The notes under the pieces are model-generated. The model did not search any database. It was given only the letters and a program-made list of their open reading frames with translations, and was not told the origin of the DNA. A DNA stretch of 64,000 nucleotides from Candidatus Shapirobacteria bacterium (GTDB lineage: Bacteria; Patescibacteriota; Microgenomatia; UBA12405). Each line of letters starts with the position of its first letter. The stretch's first letter is position 1. This document shows positions 30,655 to 41,291 of the stretch, piece after piece. The stretch spans positions 140,270-204,269 of the forward strand of contig JBAYIT010000001.1 in assembly GCA_041665485.1 (NCBI GenBank), written 5' to 3'. The translations under genes were made by a program, and so were the position numbers.

Positions 30655-30954
30655 ATGAAAAATTTTATAAAAAAAATAGAAAATTTTAAATGTGAGAGGT
30701 GTGGGGAAGAGGTGACGGGGGATGGGTATACGGATCATTGCCCACGGTGTTTGTGGGGGAAGCATGTGGATGAAATTATTCCGGGGGATAGGAAAAGTGG
30801 GTGCAAAGGCTTAATGGAGCCGGTGGGGGTGGACAAGGTGAAGGGCGAGGATAAAATAGTTTACAAATGCCTCAAGTGCGGGCATAAATTTAGAGTAAGA
30901 TTGGCGGAAAATGATGATAGAGGGGTGTGGGAAAAAGTAGGATGCGGGGAATAA
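30655..30954 (+). CDS. RNHCP domain protein
   Basis: FKCERCG...[24 protein letters not shown]...CLKCG. Confidence 0.85.
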   Translation: MKNFIKKIENFKCERCGEEVTGDGYTDHCPRCLWGKHVDEIIPGDRKSGCKGLMEPVGVDKVKGEDKIVYKCLKCGHKFRVRLAENDDRGVWEKVGCGE

Positions 30955-31028
30955 AAGGAGAATGTGCGGAGTTTTTTGTAGAGATAAGAACTAAGAGATA
31001 AGAACTAAGAATGGTATAATCGGAGACG

Positions 31029-32969
31029 ATGAAAAAGTGGCTAGAAAAGATTAGAAATTGGCGGAAGAAAACGGTAAAAAAACCGGTGAAAAAGGCCGAT
31101 AATTTGGGAATACCTAAGGAGGTATTGGATAAACTCCCGCCGGGAGTGAAGATTAAAAAAATTGAAATTGGGCCACAACAGATTTTAAAAACAGTCTTGT
31201 GGATGCTATTAATTTTTTGGGGGTTGGGGGCGGTTCGACAACTATTAGTGCCGGAAGTATTGGAAAAAGTAACTTTGTCTAAGGCGATAGAAATAATCAA
31301 AACGACTAAGGGGGCGGAGGTGTCGGTGATGGATAATGAGATTTTAATCAAGTTAAAAGACCAGAATAAAATTCTGACGGCATCGAAAGAGGGGAATGTG
31401 GCGATGTCTGACTTGTTGCAAAAAGAAGGGGTTGATATTGCCACCATAAATTTTGGAGTTGACAATAGAAGTGGTTGGAAGATATTGGGAGATTTAGTGG
31501 TAACGGTGCTGACGGTGGGGCCGATACTGCTATTGGTATATTTTATGTTTATGCGACAAGGTGGTGGGGGAATGGGGGGCGGGATGTTTGGCTTTGGCAA
31601 ATCAAATGCAAGGCTTTTTGTGAAGGGGAAGCAAAATATAAAGTTTGACCGGGTGGCGGGGGTGGAAGAGGCAAAGAAGGATTTGGAGGAAGTAGTCGAC
31701 TTTTTGAAGAACCCGGATAAATATCTGAAGATGGGGGCGAGAGCGCCAAAGGGAGTGTTGTTGGTGGGCCCGGCGGGAGTGGGAAAAACTTTACTGGCAA
31801 AGGCGGTGGCGGGAGAAGCTAATGTGCCATTCTTTTCGATGGCAGGAAGTGAATTTATGGAAATGTTGGTGGGGGTAGGAGCGAGTCGGGTGCGGGATTT
31901 GTTTGCAACAGCCAAAAAAGCCGGGAAAGCGATTATTTTTATTGATGAAATTGATGCGATTGGGCGGATGCGGGGCGGAATGGATGGGGGGCACAGCGAG
32001 CGGGACCAAACTTTAAATCAGATATTGGTGGAAATGGACGGGTTTGAACCGAGTACGGCAGTGGTGGTGTTGGCGGCAACTAATAGAGGCGACTTGCTTG
32101 ACCCAGCGTTGTTGCGGCCGGGGAGATTTGACCGGAGGGTGGTGCTAGAAATTCCAGACCTTAAGGCGAGAATAGAAATACTTAAGATTCACGCTAGGGG
32201 CAAACCGTTTGAAAAAGATGTTGACTGGGAGGTGGTGGCCAGACGGACAGTGGGGTTTTCGGGGGCGGATTTGGAAAATACTTTAAACGAGGCGGCAATT
32301 AAAGCGGCCAGGGAAGACAAAAAGACAATAAGTATGGAGGATATTGAAGAATCGGCCTTGAAAGCAAAGCTCGGACGAGAGAAGAGGCGGGACCAAACCG
32401 AGGAGGACAAGAAAATGACGGCCTACCACGAAGCCGGGCACGCGATTGTTAATTATGTAGAGGGCCTAGATTCGGTGACAAGAATATCGATAGTGTCTCG
32501 CGGGATGGCGCTTGGGTTTACCTTAGTGCCACCAAAGAGAGATGAAATTCACCAAACAAGAAGTAATTTGATTAAGCGGATGGCAATGGCGATGGGGGGA
32601 AGGGCGGCGGAAGAGATAGTGTTTGGGGATATAACCACGGGGGCGGCCTCGGATATTACCCATGTAACGGCGATAGCTCGCGACATGGTGGTGGAATGGG
32701 GAATGAGTGAACTTGGGCCCATAAACCTGGGGCCGCAGGTGGATGTGTCGGACTGGGGCAAGGCTTATTGGGAGCCGGCCAAAATATCGGACGCCATGCA
32801 GGCAAAAGTGGACAAAGAAATAGGGGGATTGGTTAATACGGCTCTGGCGAGGGCGAGAACGATATTAAAGCAAAACCGAAAAAAGATGGATGAGTTGGCA
32901 AAAATTTTGGTAGAGAAAGAGACGATTGGGGAGGAGGAGTTTGGGATCATTATGGGGACTAAGAGATAA
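31029..32969 (+). CDS. ftsH: ATP-dependent zinc metalloprotease FtsH
   Basis: Two [31 protein letters not shown]. Confidence 0.97.
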   Translation: MKKWLEKIRNWRKKTVKKPVKKADNLGIPKEVLDKLPPGVKIKKIEIGPQQILKTVLWMLLIFWGLGAVRQLLVPEVLEKVTLSKAIEIIKTTKGAEVSVMDNEILIKLKDQNKILTASKEGNVAMSDLLQKEGVDIATINFGVDNRSGWKILGDLVVTVLTVGPILLLVYFMFMRQGGGGMGGGMFGFGKSNARLFVKGKQNIKFDRVAGVEEAKKDLEEVVDFLKNPDKYLKMGARAPKGVLLVGPAGVGKTLLAKAVAGEANVPFFSMAGSEFMEMLVGVGASRVRDLFATAKKAGKAIIFIDEIDAIGRMRGGMDGGHSERDQTLNQILVEMDGFEPSTAVVVLAATNRGDLLDPALLRPGRFDRRVVLEIPDLKARIEILKIHARGKPFEKDVDWEVVARRTVGFSGADLENTLNEAAIKAAREDKKTISMEDIEESALKAKLGREKRRDQTEEDKKMTAYHEAGHAIVNYVEGLDSVTRISIVSRGMALGFTLVPPKRDEIHQTRSNLIKRMAMAMGGRAAEEIVFGDITTGAASDITHVTAIARDMVVEWGMSELGPINLGPQVDVSDWGKAYWEPAKISDAMQAKVDKEIGGLVNTALARARTILKQNRKKMDELAKILVEKETIGEEEFGIIMGTKR

Positions 32970-32981
32970 GAACACAGAACT

Positions 32982-33427
32982 AAGAACACAGAGATAAGAG
33001 ATAAGAAGCAAAAAAAATTACTTAAAGGTTTTTGTTTTGGCAATTAAACCCAATAACAGTCTCTGAACATCCATTAGTTTTCCCAATAATTTAGTAAAAT
33101 CATCAACCGAAATAAAACCCAAATCCTTGGCAATAATTAATTGGTTTTTGACCTCCATTAAAGACCCTAAAGATAAATAATAAAAGTGGACTTTATCTTT
33201 ATATGTTTTTCTTCCGAATCCTTCAGCAATATTACTTGTTATTGAAACAACAGCTCTTTTTAATTGATCCACTAAGGCGTAAGTTTCGGTTTTGGGAAAT
33301 TTTCCCACTAATTTGTAAACCAATAAAACTGTTTCGTGACCTATCTGCCACACAACCAAATCTGTAAACTCATTAATCATTATTCTAATTTACCATCTTA
33401 TTTCTTATCTCTTATCTCTGTGTTCTT
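32982..33427. mobile_element. Candidate element: four-helix-bundle gene bounded by 26-bp perfect inverted repeats
   Basis: aagaacacagagataagagataagaa at 32982-33007 and its exact reverse complement at 33402-33427. Confidence 0.55.
33018..33380 (-). CDS. Four-helix-bundle protein (23S rRNA intervening-sequence protein family; Avd-like fold)
   Basis: FTDLVVWQ...FPKTETYALVDQLKRAVVSITSNIAEGFGR...SLGSLMEV.NQL. Confidence 0.92.
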   Translation of the reverse strand: MINEFTDLVVWQIGHETVLLVYKLVGKFPKTETYALVDQLKRAVVSITSNIAEGFGRKTYKDKVHFYYLSLGSLMEVKNQLIIAKDLGFISVDDFTKLLGKLMDVQRLLLGLIAKTKTFK

Positions 33428-33488
33428 GATCAAAGTATTATAGGACTTGCTTATTGAAAATACGGGGTGGGGAGGGTAAAATGAGGGT

Positions 33489-36107
33489 ATGGCTGGAAGC
33501 GAAGCAGATAATAGAATACGTGAGGCTCAACAAAGGGAGGCGGTATTGCGCGATAGGGAGAGATCGGAGCAAACGAGGTTAATAAGGGCGGAGAGAACGA
33601 GGCATGATGCAATTGGAGTGGCTGGCCGAATTCTTGACGCAAGGATAAGAACTCCAGACGTTATTCAGCCGGAGCTGGTGGGGTTTGTGGCAGTAGCGGC
33701 GGCTGAAGGAGATGCGATATCGCCGTACGAAGCTGGGCCAATAAGAAGCGCTTTGTTGATTAGAGCAATGAGTGGCAACGTGGAAAGAGTTCAGGCTGGA
33801 TTGGTAGCAGAGAGAGATCGAGAAATGGAAGGAATGATGATGAATCCGTTGTTGGTGTCGGCTTTACATAAGTACAGTGCTATTGATCCAGATATTTTAG
33901 ATAGACCAGTGGAAATGACAGCAGATGAATGGAAGCTTTTTGGAGATTATCAGGTGGTAAAAGATGAAAGGCAGGCGATTGTAGACTCAATGACCAATGG
34001 GGTGGCGGGTTTGTATGATGACAGAGAAGATTTGCAGAGGAGGGTAGCGAAACTTGGAGCAAGACTGGAAGACTTAAGGTCGAGGGCAGGAAGTTTGGGT
34101 GGAGCAGAAAAGACAAGATATGAAGAACTTTTAACAAAAATGTTTAAGGAATTAAGGGGGCCAGAGGCGGCGAATTATAGTAGATGGGCAGGAATGGACC
34201 AAGACAACTTGAGACCAGAAGAAGCGGTGATGTTGGCTGATGTTTGGGGAAAGATGATGAGGGCGTTGGACGGAGGGGAGGAAGGAGAACTAGAAGAATT
34301 GAGGGAAAGGAAAGTAAGGGCGTTGAGGCCCGAAGAGCAGAGATTATATGATAAAAGGTTAGGCCAATTGAGGAGCAAAATAACAGATGCGGCAGAATTG
34401 GCGGAGTTTAATAGATTGATGGCTATTCCGTCGTACAAGAGGACGAAAGATGAAACTGAAACATTGGAGATGAGATTGGAGTTGGTGGCGGAAGATGCCG
34501 GGATTAGACCGGCGGAAATGACAACCTTTGAAAAATTAAAGGAGAGGGCTGAAGGAGCGGTGAGGTTGACGGAACTGGAAGCAAAGAAGGCACGAGGAGC
34601 TTTGTCGACTGGAGAGAGAGGGGAATTTGAGGATTTAAGGTCGAGGGCAGGGCTTTTAACTGAAGCAGAAACAGGGAGTATTGGGGTAATAGATGGTTTG
34701 GTAACAAATTTAAGGGGAAAGATTGGGGATATAAATAGACAAATTAGAGAAAAAACGGAACATTTAGGCGAGTCGTCGGAATGGATGAAAATGGTTAAGG
34801 CTTTTGATGGAATGGTGACTAATATAAACGTGACGGATCAGTGGAGAAAAGCGTGGCATGATTATGGAGCGGGAGCACAGGAGAGTTTTACTCAAACTAG
34901 ATGGGCGGAATATCAGAGAGTGTCGGATTTGGTGGCATTAATGGAAATGCCAATGGTGGGAGTAGCAATGCAGACGGCATTTAGGGCGATGTGTTTGATT
35001 GGATTAAATAGGACTGGTGATGTTGCTGGGTCGGCAAATATTATGCAGATGGAAAAATTGACCGAACAACAAGTACAAGAAAGATTTGTTGAACCGTGTA
35101 GAGGATATGTAAAACAAGCACTAAGGTATACTCCCGATCTGTATGTAAATTTTGGAGTGGAGATGGCGAGAATGTTGTTTGAGAATGGGTTTTGTGCTGG
35201 ATGGTTGTGTGTGGAAAGGGGGAACGATGGAAATATCATGTATAGAGAGACGGTGGTGGAAAGGAATGGGAATTTAAGATACGACGATTCCTCTGACTTT
35301 GGGTCTGTGGCGTATCGCTACGGTGTTCCAAAGGTTGTGGGGGATGGAACTGTTTATGCAGATAGACAAAATGATTATATTAAACCAGCAGCAACTAGGG
35401 CGAAGCAGATGAAGGAATACTCAAAAGGTTACGAAACGGGATTACCAGCATTGATCCCTGTTTTACCTGATAATTTGTCACAACCATGGGTTAGTCATCA
35501 AGAGATGTTGGCGATTGCAAATGGTAGGGTCAATTTAGCTGATGTTTTTAGAACAAGACCAGACAATAGTAGATGGGGTTGGACATATGGGATATTTAGA
35601 GGAGGACAGGTTTACGAGTTAGTTTCAAAATTTATTATTGGTTTGAAAGGGTATCGCGGAGTTGGAGAGGAAGTAGACTTTTTCTTTAATTCGCCGGCAA
35701 ACATGGGGTCGGTAGCAAAGAAAATCGACGTGGCTCTCAATTACTCTTTGGAGGCGAGGAGGTTGAGAATGAATTTGTTTATGGCGGCAGTGTATGCGAT
35801 AGATGATGATGCTGCCAACCCGGAAAGGTCTGACCAACTAAAGACGGTGTTGTCAGATATGACGAAAGCTCCCGAAAAGAGGTGGTTGAATTTTCAGAAA
35901 GATGATTATCGGCGTGCGTTTGTAAGAAATGGGTTTTTAACAGAAGAAGAATTTAACTATGCTTGGGGGAGGATAAAGAATATTTTGCCGGGTGATGGAG
36001 GAAAGGCTGGGAGTGGCTTGATAAAGAAGTCGGAAGAAGCGGGTTTGGCTAGGCTGAATGGATCAGGAGTGCAAAGAAGGGATAGGAGATTAGCAGATCA
36101 AGTGTAA
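33489..36107 (+). CDS. Large alpha-helical hypothetical protein
   Basis: 872 aa, Glu/Arg-rich, internal repeat EDLRSRAG x2. Confidence 0.55.
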   Translation: MAGSEADNRIREAQQREAVLRDRERSEQTRLIRAERTRHDAIGVAGRILDARIRTPDVIQPELVGFVAVAAAEGDAISPYEAGPIRSALLIRAMSGNVERVQAGLVAERDREMEGMMMNPLLVSALHKYSAIDPDILDRPVEMTADEWKLFGDYQVVKDERQAIVDSMTNGVAGLYDDREDLQRRVAKLGARLEDLRSRAGSLGGAEKTRYEELLTKMFKELRGPEAANYSRWAGMDQDNLRPEEAVMLADVWGKMMRALDGGEEGELEELRERKVRALRPEEQRLYDKRLGQLRSKITDAAELAEFNRLMAIPSYKRTKDETETLEMRLELVAEDAGIRPAEMTTFEKLKERAEGAVRLTELEAKKARGALSTGERGEFEDLRSRAGLLTEAETGSIGVIDGLVTNLRGKIGDINRQIREKTEHLGESSEWMKMVKAFDGMVTNINVTDQWRKAWHDYGAGAQESFTQTRWAEYQRVSDLVALMEMPMVGVAMQTAFRAMCLIGLNRTGDVAGSANIMQMEKLTEQQVQERFVEPCRGYVKQALRYTPDLYVNFGVEMARMLFENGFCAGWLCVERGNDGNIMYRETVVERNGNLRYDDSSDFGSVAYRYGVPKVVGDGTVYADRQNDYIKPAATRAKQMKEYSKGYETGLPALIPVLPDNLSQPWVSHQEMLAIANGRVNLADVFRTRPDNSRWGWTYGIFRGGQVYELVSKFIIGLKGYRGVGEEVDFFFNSPANMGSVAKKIDVALNYSLEARRLRMNLFMAAVYAIDDDAANPERSDQLKTVLSDMTKAPEKRWLNFQKDDYRRAFVRNGFLTEEEFNYAWGRIKNILPGDGGKAGSGLIKKSEEAGLARLNGSGVQRRDRRLADQV

Positions 36108-36142
36108 ATAAATGTGAGGCGGAAACAAAGATATTAAGTTTT

Positions 36143-37912
36143 TTACAGTTTCCCATCTTGCACTTTCTTTCCTATGTCTTGGACTGCTTTTCCAGCCCTG
36201 CCGGTTAGAGATGGATTCATACCCCAGGGAAGTTTGATTTTACTAAGTGGGCCTGTGTTGCTGGCAATACGAGAACCAACCTCTTGAATTAGTGGTCCAC
36301 CAATCTCTTGTCTTGCTGTAGATTCGATAAATTTATTGCTATAGCTTTGACCAATGGCTTGGGACCAGGGGGATGGTTTAAGGGAGAAGATAAACTGGGG
36401 GATCATCTCGGGCATTTTGGAGACAAGACCAAGGCCGGCGAGGCCGAGGCCGGCTTTGACGATGGCGTTGGCACTCCACCAGTTACTACCAGCGGCACCA
36501 ATGAGGAGTTGGCCGGGAATCCAGAGACTTTTACCGGCATCACTTAGGATTGTTTCGCCAATAAGGTTTAAAAGAACTAAGAATATAGTGGTGATGGGGA
36601 AAATGGCGATATAGCCAATAAGATCATTAATCCAAGAGGAAAATCCCATTTTGGAGCCGGGGAAAGCACCCATGGCAATTTCTAGTGGGGCAATAATAAT
36701 TTTAAAGATAATGGTGATATAGGCTTTGATTAGACCAAAAAATAGCTTGATGAGCCAGAAGGTCATGATGATGGTCATGACAAGAGAAACTAAGACTCCA
36801 CCGATGGTGCCACCGACGAGACCGCCGGTAATACCCATTCCGATTCTGGCAATATCGTTGCCTACTCCTCCCATAATAAGGTTGAAAATACCACCACCAA
36901 GGGTGCCCAGAACGACACTACTAACCATACCACTTAGGGCGTAGAGGGCCCAAGAGGGCATAGCATGATAGACCAGACTTTGATAAGTATTAAAGCTGGG
37001 GTTGGTGAGATGTTCGAGGGTGTAGGGACTGGTACCGGTAAATTGTTGATAAGCAGATTGTATAGCTGTTCCTGCCCAAGAGGTGGGCATAATATTATTA
37101 AAGATTCTCCAGGGGTTAAGAAGGTCACCGCCGAAGGCGGTGCCAGTAATGGTGTAGAACATGGCAATAACCAGGCCGGCGAGGAGATAGATAAAATCAA
37201 TGGCCAGACCGGCAATAGCGTAAGAGAAAGTGACGAGAATGAGAGTGGTGATGAGTCCCGGGATGGCATTTTGGATGGTGATGACGGCTTGGGGAGAGAT
37301 TTTGACCCGCAAAATTATCATGATGCCGATGGCGATAAAAACAATAGAAGATAAAACATAAACAATGTTTCTGAAACCACGCCAAAGAGGAAGAAGAGGC
37401 TGGAGACCGGCAAAACCAACACCTTGAGCGTAGGCTGGCTTACCTAAAAAATTATCTTTAACAGAGGCGATATATTCTATTCCAGATGCTTGGGGATAAT
37501 TTAGAGTGGCAATCATGCCAGAGAGATTGCCAGCAACACCTCCGGGAACCCATTGAGAAGAAGCGATGGGCTGACCGTTTTCAATAGAAGAAAGTAAACC
37601 ATCAGGAATGTCAATAATGTTGGTTAGAATGTTGAGAAAGTGAAAAATGGTGGTGAAAATGGTTGAACCGAACCAACCTTCGACGCTACCACCGGCTTTG
37701 ATAGCGTCGCGCTGATAGCGAATTTCAGATTTTTCGGCGGCGACAGGAACAGCAACTAGAAACAAGAAACAAAAACCGAGAACTAAGAGAATTTTGGTGG
37801 ATTTGGAGAGCTTGGGAAGAAGGGGGAGGTCACGACGATTAAGATTGGAATCTACGAATCTACGAATCTGGAATCTGGAAAAAAATGATGAAAAGCGAGA
37901 ACTTAGAGACAT
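36143..37912 (-). CDS. Polytopic membrane protein, VirB6/TrbL-like
   Basis: WRGFRNIVY, LILVTFSYAIAGLAID, IIIAPL..A..PG; downstream of pilin array. Confidence 0.6.
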   Translation of the reverse strand: MSLSSRFSSFFSRFQIRRFVDSNLNRRDLPLLPKLSKSTKILLVLGFCFLFLVAVPVAAEKSEIRYQRDAIKAGGSVEGWFGSTIFTTIFHFLNILTNIIDIPDGLLSSIENGQPIASSQWVPGGVAGNLSGMIATLNYPQASGIEYIASVKDNFLGKPAYAQGVGFAGLQPLLPLWRGFRNIVYVLSSIVFIAIGIMIILRVKISPQAVITIQNAIPGLITTLILVTFSYAIAGLAIDFIYLLAGLVIAMFYTITGTAFGGDLLNPWRIFNNIMPTSWAGTAIQSAYQQFTGTSPYTLEHLTNPSFNTYQSLVYHAMPSWALYALSGMVSSVVLGTLGGGIFNLIMGGVGNDIARIGMGITGGLVGGTIGGVLVSLVMTIIMTFWLIKLFFGLIKAYITIIFKIIIAPLEIAMGAFPGSKMGFSSWINDLIGYIAIFPITTIFLVLLNLIGETILSDAGKSLWIPGQLLIGAAGSNWWSANAIVKAGLGLAGLGLVSKMPEMIPQFIFSLKPSPWSQAIGQSYSNKFIESTARQEIGGPLIQEVGSRIASNTGPLSKIKLPWGMNPSLTGRAGKAVQDIGKKVQDGKL

Positions 37913-38058
37913 GGAAAGATTATACTAAAAAGAGTTACGAGTTACGAGTTATCAGTTACGAGTTTGAAATCGGGAATCTACGAATCTGCCTGCCGGCAGG
38001 CAGGTCTGGAATTTACGAATTTAGAACCAGAAATTGGGTTTACGATTTACAAAATAAA

Positions 38059-40326
38059 TTAGAGTTGCCAGGAGGCGGGGAGGAGTTGGGGGTAGAACTT
38101 GTCGTGGTTAATGTCGGTTTGGGCGCCGGGGTGGGCGATAGGGAGCTGGGCGCCACCGCCGGCAGTGGAGTCGGAACCGGTGCGGGCCAATTTGCCTTGG
38201 TCTTTTTGAGGAGTGAGATTGAAGTAGGTTTGAGTGAGACTACCTTCGTTCTTAGCGATGTTGGCGGGATAATCGACTTCTACTTCAACTTTGGCAGTGA
38301 GAGTGGTGTCTTCGGTTATTTGCCTCCAGAGATTTTTAACCCAGGCAACAAAATCAAGAGGCGAGGGTTTGTTTTGAGTGTTGTAGCCACCACCCATGGA
38401 ACAAACATCGGGCTTGGGAATACTACTTTGTTGCTTGTAGGGAATCCACCAAGCGGTGGCCTCACCGGCTTGACCACTGCTCATGGCGGCTAAATTGGGC
38501 ATGGTGTGGGGGTAAGGAGTAGGTTCGACGCCACCACCGGCGCCAACATTTTTAACAGTTGTTTCCAGATTGGCGGAAGCGCAACCGGGATTGGTGGCGA
38601 GAAAATAGGTGTAGCCGTTTTTGTAGCAACCACTGTAGGTTTCCCAAAAAGGGATGCCAGTGCGCTTTTCGTAACCACCACCTTCGTATTGTTTGGAGAG
38701 GAGTTCGCGAACATCACCGGGGACACCGTCTTCTACAATTTTTCCTTGAACACATTTGACGGCGAATTGATTGATTTTACCGGATTTAATCATGCCCCAA
38801 ACATATTCACTCATAAACATTGGTCGGCCGGCGCCTTGGCCGGATTTGTCCATGTCACGACAACCGCCAGTGTCGTGATAGGCGGTGCCGATTTGCTGGT
38901 CGTTGGCAATAAGATAGGGGTTGCGTTTAAGTTTGTCTTCTTCAAGAGAACGGACGGCTTCCTGGAAAAGTTTCCATTTTAGGTCAAGTTGCATGCAATA
39001 ACTCATGGAGCGGGTGACGGGGTTGTAGCCAAAACGATTGAATTTGCCGAACTCGCTTGCTAGAGAAAGAGGATCAGTGCGATTGGCGTGGACAATGTAT
39101 TGCTGGTGGTGGGTGGGGAGCTGGGAATAACTAGTGTAAGTGCAGTATTTGGCCGGGCCGAGGTTGGTTTGAGGGCCATCGACTTTGACTTCTTCTTCAA
39201 CTGAAGTAACGGTAAGTGGCTCGGTTTCGGTGGTGGTGGAACCGTCCTGATTTTTAGTAGTAGTTTTTTTGGGGGAATAAGATTGTTTGATGCTAGCCTG
39301 AAAGGTGCAGATTTGACCACCTTTGAGGTTGGCGTAGGCGTTAGTGTCGTAAATGCCGTTAATGTAACCGCGGGGATGAAGATAGGGGGTAGTGTTGACG
39401 GCGGGGGGGAGGAGGTCGTCGATTGACTCGCCACCGAGCTTGCTGGTAGGTAGAGGGGTAACGGAGGGACGGTGATTGGGGTTGGGGAGATTGGTTTGGT
39501 CGCATTTGCCGGAGATGGCATTGGCGACGTTGTCGTTGATAGTCCAGGAACCACCACTGAAATTACCGGGGGCGGCGGTGAAAAGAAAATAGGCAAGAAC
39601 GTCTGGTTTTGATTGCCATTGACTGATGATATTTTCGCCACAAAAGAAGTTGATAAAAGCCTGATCGTCATAGATTAGACCGTTTTTGTCGACGCCGATT
39701 TCAGTAAAAAGAAATTTTTTGCCAGCGAGGGGGCCTTTGTCATAATTAATAGCGGTGTCAGAGCGGTAAGGGTGATAGGAAATAATGTCAAAATAGGAAA
39801 AGGCCTTACTGGTGACGGGGTAATTGGGATTTTGAGGATCGAGAGCGGGGGAGATAAGGGTGGCGTTTTGAAGTTGGCTTTTGATGTCTTTAATGAAATT
39901 GTTGGCTCGGGAAATGGATTCTTCCAGAGTAATGTAGCCATCGGGAGCGCGCCGTTCGTAGTCTTGTTCAAGTTCGTTGAAAGGTTCGACATAAACGGTT
40001 TTACCGGAGGCGGCGAATTGGTTGATGGCTTGGCTCCATTCGGAAGCAATGGTGGCCTGTTGTTCTTTGGAACCGAGCATGAGTTGGCCGGTTTCGGTCC
40101 AAGAGGAATGAATGCGGACAACGACATTATTGGCCTGAATATCGGCTGTGAGCAGTTCTTGGGGAGAGCCGGGGGCGTAGAGAACCCAGTTTTGAACGTC
40201 TTGGTTAACAGTGTAACCGGCGGAGCTGGGATCGTTAATAAGATTGAGACCGGGGTCGGCGGCATTAACCGGTTGGGGAGAAATAAGAACTAAGAGATAA
40301 GAGATAAGAGATAAGAGATAAAACAC
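38059..40326 (-). CDS. Secreted protein with N-terminal clan GH-A glycoside-hydrolase-like domain
   Basis: Signal peptide; VYVEPFNELE, DIISYHPY, FLFTEIG. Confidence 0.55.
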   Translation of the reverse strand: MFYLLSLISYLLVLISPQPVNAADPGLNLINDPSSAGYTVNQDVQNWVLYAPGSPQELLTADIQANNVVVRIHSSWTETGQLMLGSKEQQATIASEWSQAINQFAASGKTVYVEPFNELEQDYERRAPDGYITLEESISRANNFIKDIKSQLQNATLISPALDPQNPNYPVTSKAFSYFDIISYHPYRSDTAINYDKGPLAGKKFLFTEIGVDKNGLIYDDQAFINFFCGENIISQWQSKPDVLAYFLFTAAPGNFSGGSWTINDNVANAISGKCDQTNLPNPNHRPSVTPLPTSKLGGESIDDLLPPAVNTTPYLHPRGYINGIYDTNAYANLKGGQICTFQASIKQSYSPKKTTTKNQDGSTTTETEPLTVTSVEEEVKVDGPQTNLGPAKYCTYTSYSQLPTHHQQYIVHANRTDPLSLASEFGKFNRFGYNPVTRSMSYCMQLDLKWKLFQEAVRSLEEDKLKRNPYLIANDQQIGTAYHDTGGCRDMDKSGQGAGRPMFMSEYVWGMIKSGKINQFAVKCVQGKIVEDGVPGDVRELLSKQYEGGGYEKRTGIPFWETYSGCYKNGYTYFLATNPGCASANLETTVKNVGAGGGVEPTPYPHTMPNLAAMSSGQAGEATAWWIPYKQQSSIPKPDVCSMGGGYNTQNKPSPLDFVAWVKNLWRQITEDTTLTAKVEVEVDYPANIAKNEGSLTQTYFNLTPQKDQGKLARTGSDSTAGGGAQLPIAHPGAQTDINHDKFYPQLLPASWQL

Positions 40327-40385
40327 GGTTAATTATAACTTAAAGTCCGAAAAGTCCAAAAAGTTAGAAAGTCCAAAAAGCTATT

Positions 40386-40793
40386 CTAGCCGGGGATTTG
40401 GAAGATAGTGAGAGTGGAAATACCGGTGAAATTTTGGATAAGGCGTAAGATTAGCCAAGATGCAATGACACCAACTAGGCCGATAATGGCAGAAGTGAGG
40501 GTGCCAGCAGCGCCGGCGGCTTTTTTAGGATCGCCGTTACTTAGGACATAATTGAACCCACCAACAATAAACATAACCAAGAACACTAAACCGGCAATAG
40601 TGACGACGACAGATAGAGTGTTGTAAAAGAGACATTCGAGACCCTGAATAGTGGCAACGTCAGGGTTGGCTTTATCGACACAACGGGGGTCGCGAGCTTT
40701 CCAGTCTTGTTGGGCGAGGGCGGGGGCGGGGGCGGGAGAGATAAGAACTAAAAGATAAGAGATAAGAACTAAGAGATAAGACAGGCGGGACAT
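40386..40793 (-). CDS. VirB2/TrbC-like pilin
   Basis: Likely start MSRL (TATAAT 6 nt upstream); ALAQ; GGFNYVLSNGDPKKA..A...LTSAIIGL. Confidence 0.75.
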   Translation of the reverse strand: MSRLSYLLVLISYLLVLISPAPAPALAQQDWKARDPRCVDKANPDVATIQGLECLFYNTLSVVVTIAGLVFLVMFIVGGFNYVLSNGDPKKAAGAAGTLTSAIIGLVGVIASWLILRLIQNFTGISTLTIFQIPG

Positions 40794-40813
40794 AAGTGGA
40801 TTATAGCAAACTA

Positions 40814-40843
40814 AAACCCCTCCGATAGCTATCGGAGGGGTTT
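40814..40843 (-). terminator. Perfect 30-bp palindrome, probable terminator after pilin 40868-41236
   Basis: aaacccctccgatagctatcggaggggttt; T-run follows on minus strand. Confidence 0.6.
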
Positions 40844-40867
40844 GGAAAACAAGATCAGTTTCCAGAC

Positions 40868-41236
40868 TTATGGCTGGAAAGTGGGAACAGTCAAGGTTCC
40901 GAGAATGTCGATACCAAAGACGGTACCAATTAGCTTCATGATAGCCCAAGCAGCGAAGACAATGGCCAAACCAATGAGAGCATTGGTGATTTGATTTCTG
41001 GCACCTTCAACATTTTTACTATCGCCTTGGCTCATGACCCAACGAAGGCCACCCCAGACGAGCATAAAGAAAAACACAAGGGCAACGACCAACATAATAA
41101 GGGAGATGGCGCCGGAGATTATACCGCCAGCAGTAAGACCAGTAAGGGAATCCCACCCGCCACCAGCTTTTGGCTGGAGTTTAATTTGTTGTTGGGCGTA
41201 AGCCGGAACAACCAGAGAAAGTTGACTTAGGTTCAT
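40868..41236 (-). CDS. VirB2/TrbC-like pilin (candidate major pilin)
   Basis: PAYAQ; GGLRWVMSQGDSKNVEGARNQITNALIGL. Confidence 0.8.
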   Translation of the reverse strand: MNLSQLSLVVPAYAQQQIKLQPKAGGGWDSLTGLTAGGIISGAISLIMLVVALVFFFMLVWGGLRWVMSQGDSKNVEGARNQITNALIGLAIVFAAWAIMKLIGTVFGIDILGTLTVPTFQP

Positions 41237-41291
41237 AGTTTTTTAATTTATAAGTTAAATTTGGTTTATTTTAGCAATAAACCTTAATTTA

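Noticed and set aside
30890-31915. 341-aa minus-strand ORF
   Set aside because: Antisense shadow of ftsH; the same applies to most short nested ORFs in the track (e.g. 39060-40293, 56765-57475)
33018-33380. Diversity-generating retroelement (Avd-like gene)
   Set aside because: No reverse transcriptase, and no template/variable repeat pair with adenine-specific mismatches seen in the window
37885-38493. 202-aa plus-strand ORF
   Set aside because: N-terminus is translated repeat tract and the rest is antisense to 38059-40326
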